DNA of 64,000 bases, taken from positions 25,482,001 to 25,546,000 of the forward strand of contig NC_043001.1 of assembly GCF_006345805.1 (NCBI RefSeq), given 5' to 3'. Below, in pieces: positions 60,801 through 64,000 of the stretch (position 1 is the first letter of the stretch; each line of letters starts with the position of its first letter). Both the position numbers and the translations under genes were made by a program. The stretch comes from Octopus sinensis (Eukaryota). The notes beneath the pieces were generated by a model. That model made no database searches. It saw only the letters and a program-made list of their open reading frames with translations, and was not told the DNA's origin.

Positions 60801-63800
60801 CGTTTTGCTCATATATATAAATACTGCCCACCGATCTTACGCTTCCTCTTGACACTGCCTCATTCCGACCATCCCCTTTAGTATCCTCCCGCCTCGTAAT
60901 ATCCTACGTTTTTATTTCAATATCCTACGTTTTTATTTCTTAGGAACCTTCACCAACCCCTTCCTGCCATCGTTCCTCCATACCCCAACCTTCCCCACTG
61001 GTTGCTCCCCTATATTACCCGCCTCAACTGGACCCCCCCTCCCCAACTCAACTCTAGAATATCTGTATTTCTTTCCTCTACCTAATTACGTTACTCAGTG
61101 ACGATAAATGCTGTGACTACAAAGACCCGGGCTGCTTTCTGCAGCAATTCCACATACCCCCTACCCATTCTAAGTACCCCGGATCCCCAAAGTACCCCGG
61201 ACCTCGTTGCCCCCGTGCCGCTGACACGTTAAAATGCTCGAACCGATCGTGACGATGCCGGACCCTCCGGCCCCTGTGCAGGTGGCACGTAAAAAGCACC
61301 CAATCCACTCACAGAGTGGTTGGCGTTAGGAAGGGCATCCAGCCGTAGAAACTCTGCCAGATTCAGACTGGAGCCTGGTGCGGCCCCTGGCTTCCCAGAC
61401 CCGGTCAAACCGTCCAACCCGTGCTAGCGCGGAAAGCGGACGTTAAACGATGATGATGATGATGATGATGAATAGCAGTTTCTTCATGTTCAAAGATTAT
61501 GAGAAAGAGTGACATGCCTTCAAGAGCAATGTAAACCAATCATCCTTAAACCTGCAGGGCTCTTTCAATCCACACAATCCAATACTACTCTTTAGACTTG
61601 GCCATCTGACTACAGTGGCTCAGTGAGCTAAGAAGGCTGTGTTGACCAACAAGCTGTAGGTTTTACATTAGAGTGGCCTTCTCTTAAGTGAATTTCTTTA
61701 CAGGAGTGGAGAGCTCTACCTAACCTAGAGGGCACCAGACTGCCTGAGTGATTGTTTCATTTGCTGTCAGGGCTGACTCTCCAGACCTTTTCCTTTCCCA
61801 GGAACGTTGGAATTTCTTCTATAACACACTAATTAACCCATAGCTGGGACCCTGACAAGTGCTACTACTCCAGGTGAAAGTAGACCTGGGGAAAATAGAG
61901 ATCAAGAAGTGATTCCACACTCCTCAAAATACGAGTATTCCTGAACCAGGGTCCTAATATCAGATGCAATTTAGTCATATCCAAGACACAGACACACCAT
62001 GTTGAACTGTTAATCCCTGCACATTTTCGTTTTCTCTCCTTTTTTTTTTCTTCTCAATATTTTCTGTCAAAGGGCATAGGCTTGAAACATCAAGGAGTTT
62101 TCCATTCTTCTCAAACATTAAACTAATACATCTGCTTGTTGTTCCTTCACTTGCCTTTGTCTTTTGTTTTCTGTAAATTTGAACTATTTCAATTGTTAAC
62201 TTTTGGGTTATGAAATAGTGTAATTCACTCAGAATTAGTTATATTATTATTAGTTAAATTCAATTGAATTTGTTTTTGCTTTGGAAAGAATAGAATATAA
62301 AAGCTTTCACTTTTATATTAATAACTATGGCAGACTGGTGGGGAATATTATCTGCATGGACTTCAAGGGCTAGGTTGCTATTTAGTTAGATAATTTAGGA
62401 GTTAGTTTTGGTTTACTGATTGAATTTATTTACCGATACTGCTTTTGTACATAGGGTAATGTTACTGTTTAATCCTTCCTAGAATTAAGATTGAATGAAT
62501 GTGGTGATATCTATGGTATGTTTGTTCTCAAACAACACTTATTTTAGTGCTGTTGGCACTACCAGATTGAATGGTACTGTCCATGTGTCGAAACCAGTGA
62601 TATCCATGGGGCAGCTGATGATGGAGGTATATTGGATTGTTGATATGGCTGTTATTGTATGTGAGGGATAGTTTTATAAGACATTTATTTGATATATATA
62701 TATAAAAATTCCTTCTTTTGAGGATGCTGATATTCAGAGTAATCTGCTGAAATACTTATTTAAGGTCTTACCAAGACTATCACTGCTTTTGCTAGGTTCC
62801 TTTCCAGTGAGAGGAGGCAGGATTAGAACTCAGGAAACAGAGCCAAAGCAAATACCACAAAGTATCTCAGCTGTTTTAACATCCCACCATCCAGAACTAG
62901 AACTTTTGACTCAGAAGGGACAAAGGCAAAACTGATCTAACTGGGATTTAAAATCATGCATAGAGAGCTAGAACAATTATTACAACTCTACTAATTCAAT
63001 GCTCATTTATGTGTGTGTATGTTCATGAGTGTATGTCAGTGTATGTGTGAGTGTGCATCTTTTGATGATCTATACCAGTAAAAAATGAGAACATCAGTGT
63101 GAAAACTGAAAAAAATCAGTGGTCTTTGAACAATCCTGTAGATATCTGTTCTAAGGACCCACCATGTAGATATTCATTCGGCACATCAAAAATATTGTGA
63201 TCCAGTGACTGTCCCATTAAATACCCATAACTAATGATGCTATAGCACATGAATTAGGATATAAAATGATATATAAATGAGACTATGTTCATCAATGATT
63301 AGTCTTCAGATTTCTATTCATTTTAGATCTTAAGGCAATCACACAAACATTCAGAACTGGGCACTCAATAGAACTTTGGAATGCCAAGAACCACAAGTTT
63401 TAATAGCAGAGTCCACAAAATCCCAACAGCATCAGTGAAATGGGTTTGATCAAGGAATGAAAAGAAGCAAAAGATATTTGTATCTATTGTTGAGGAACAA
63501 TCTGGAATAGTACTCAAAATGCTAATGAAAATATCCAAATATCCTATTGCTACTTTTGTAGCAATAGGATATCTAGATACTATAGATGCATTGTTAAAGC
63601 AGACAATAAGCAGTTATGAACTAAATACCTTGGGCTACAAAGATAGCAAGTTGGATATGTTTTACTAGATATGATTCATAATCAATGTGGTATGCTCACT
63701 GCCAAAAGTAAAAATGGTGCTTCTTATCTCTAACAGAAGAATAGCAAGGTAGACTACTATATAAATTGATAAGATCAGACCTATATCTGTCTCATCTATG

Positions 63801-64000
63801 AGACGAAATAGGATCAAAACACATGAAAAGCTGCTATATTAAAGGCCTCTCTTCCTACACAGGTCAACATGAAAAACATGATAAAACAGGTTTAGAAAAG
63901 ATGATGTAAGCACAGCCAAAGATTTACCATAGTTCAGATGAGTCAAATATAATTATATACTGCCAGATCTGACTGGCCTGGTGCAGCCTTCGGGCTCCCC

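Noticed and set aside
62480-63900. Possible old LINE endonuclease/RT remnants
   Set aside because: Only a faint TSIISC-like motif; too degraded to call.

Overview
AT-rich, repeat-dense animal genomic DNA. The SINE, RTE and MITE repertoire looks like a coleoid cephalopod, probably Octopus (pattern recognition, not a database hit). The only host gene I can support is CKAP5 (ch-TOG/XMAP215/Msps) on the minus strand. I mapped 18 coding exons by hand with canonical AG/GT boundaries and continuous frame (2151 nt, 717 codons: ATG at 39680, TOG1, TOG2, basic linker, first part of TOG3). The gene runs off the left edge, and the start-codon exon is preceded by a splice acceptor, so a non-coding first exon lies upstream and was not located. 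Introns hold tRNA-headed SINEs, RTE 3' ends, CR1 fragments, TTAA (piggyBac-like) and TA (Tigger-like) MITEs, Helitrons and Penelope-like elements (PLE). Most notable: two different families of minimal hammerhead-ribozyme motifs lie in sense within the first coding intron. One is in a TSD-flanked inverted PLE with a GIY-YIG ORF and a tRNA-like Pol III cassette just upstream. The other is a 160-bp (TA)n-embedded element with a non-canonical CUGUCGA core. Also notable are a partial exon duplication that could splice in frame, several long fold-backs close to exons, and a ~1 kb direct duplication. Repeat coordinates are approximate and all RNA folds were done by eye.
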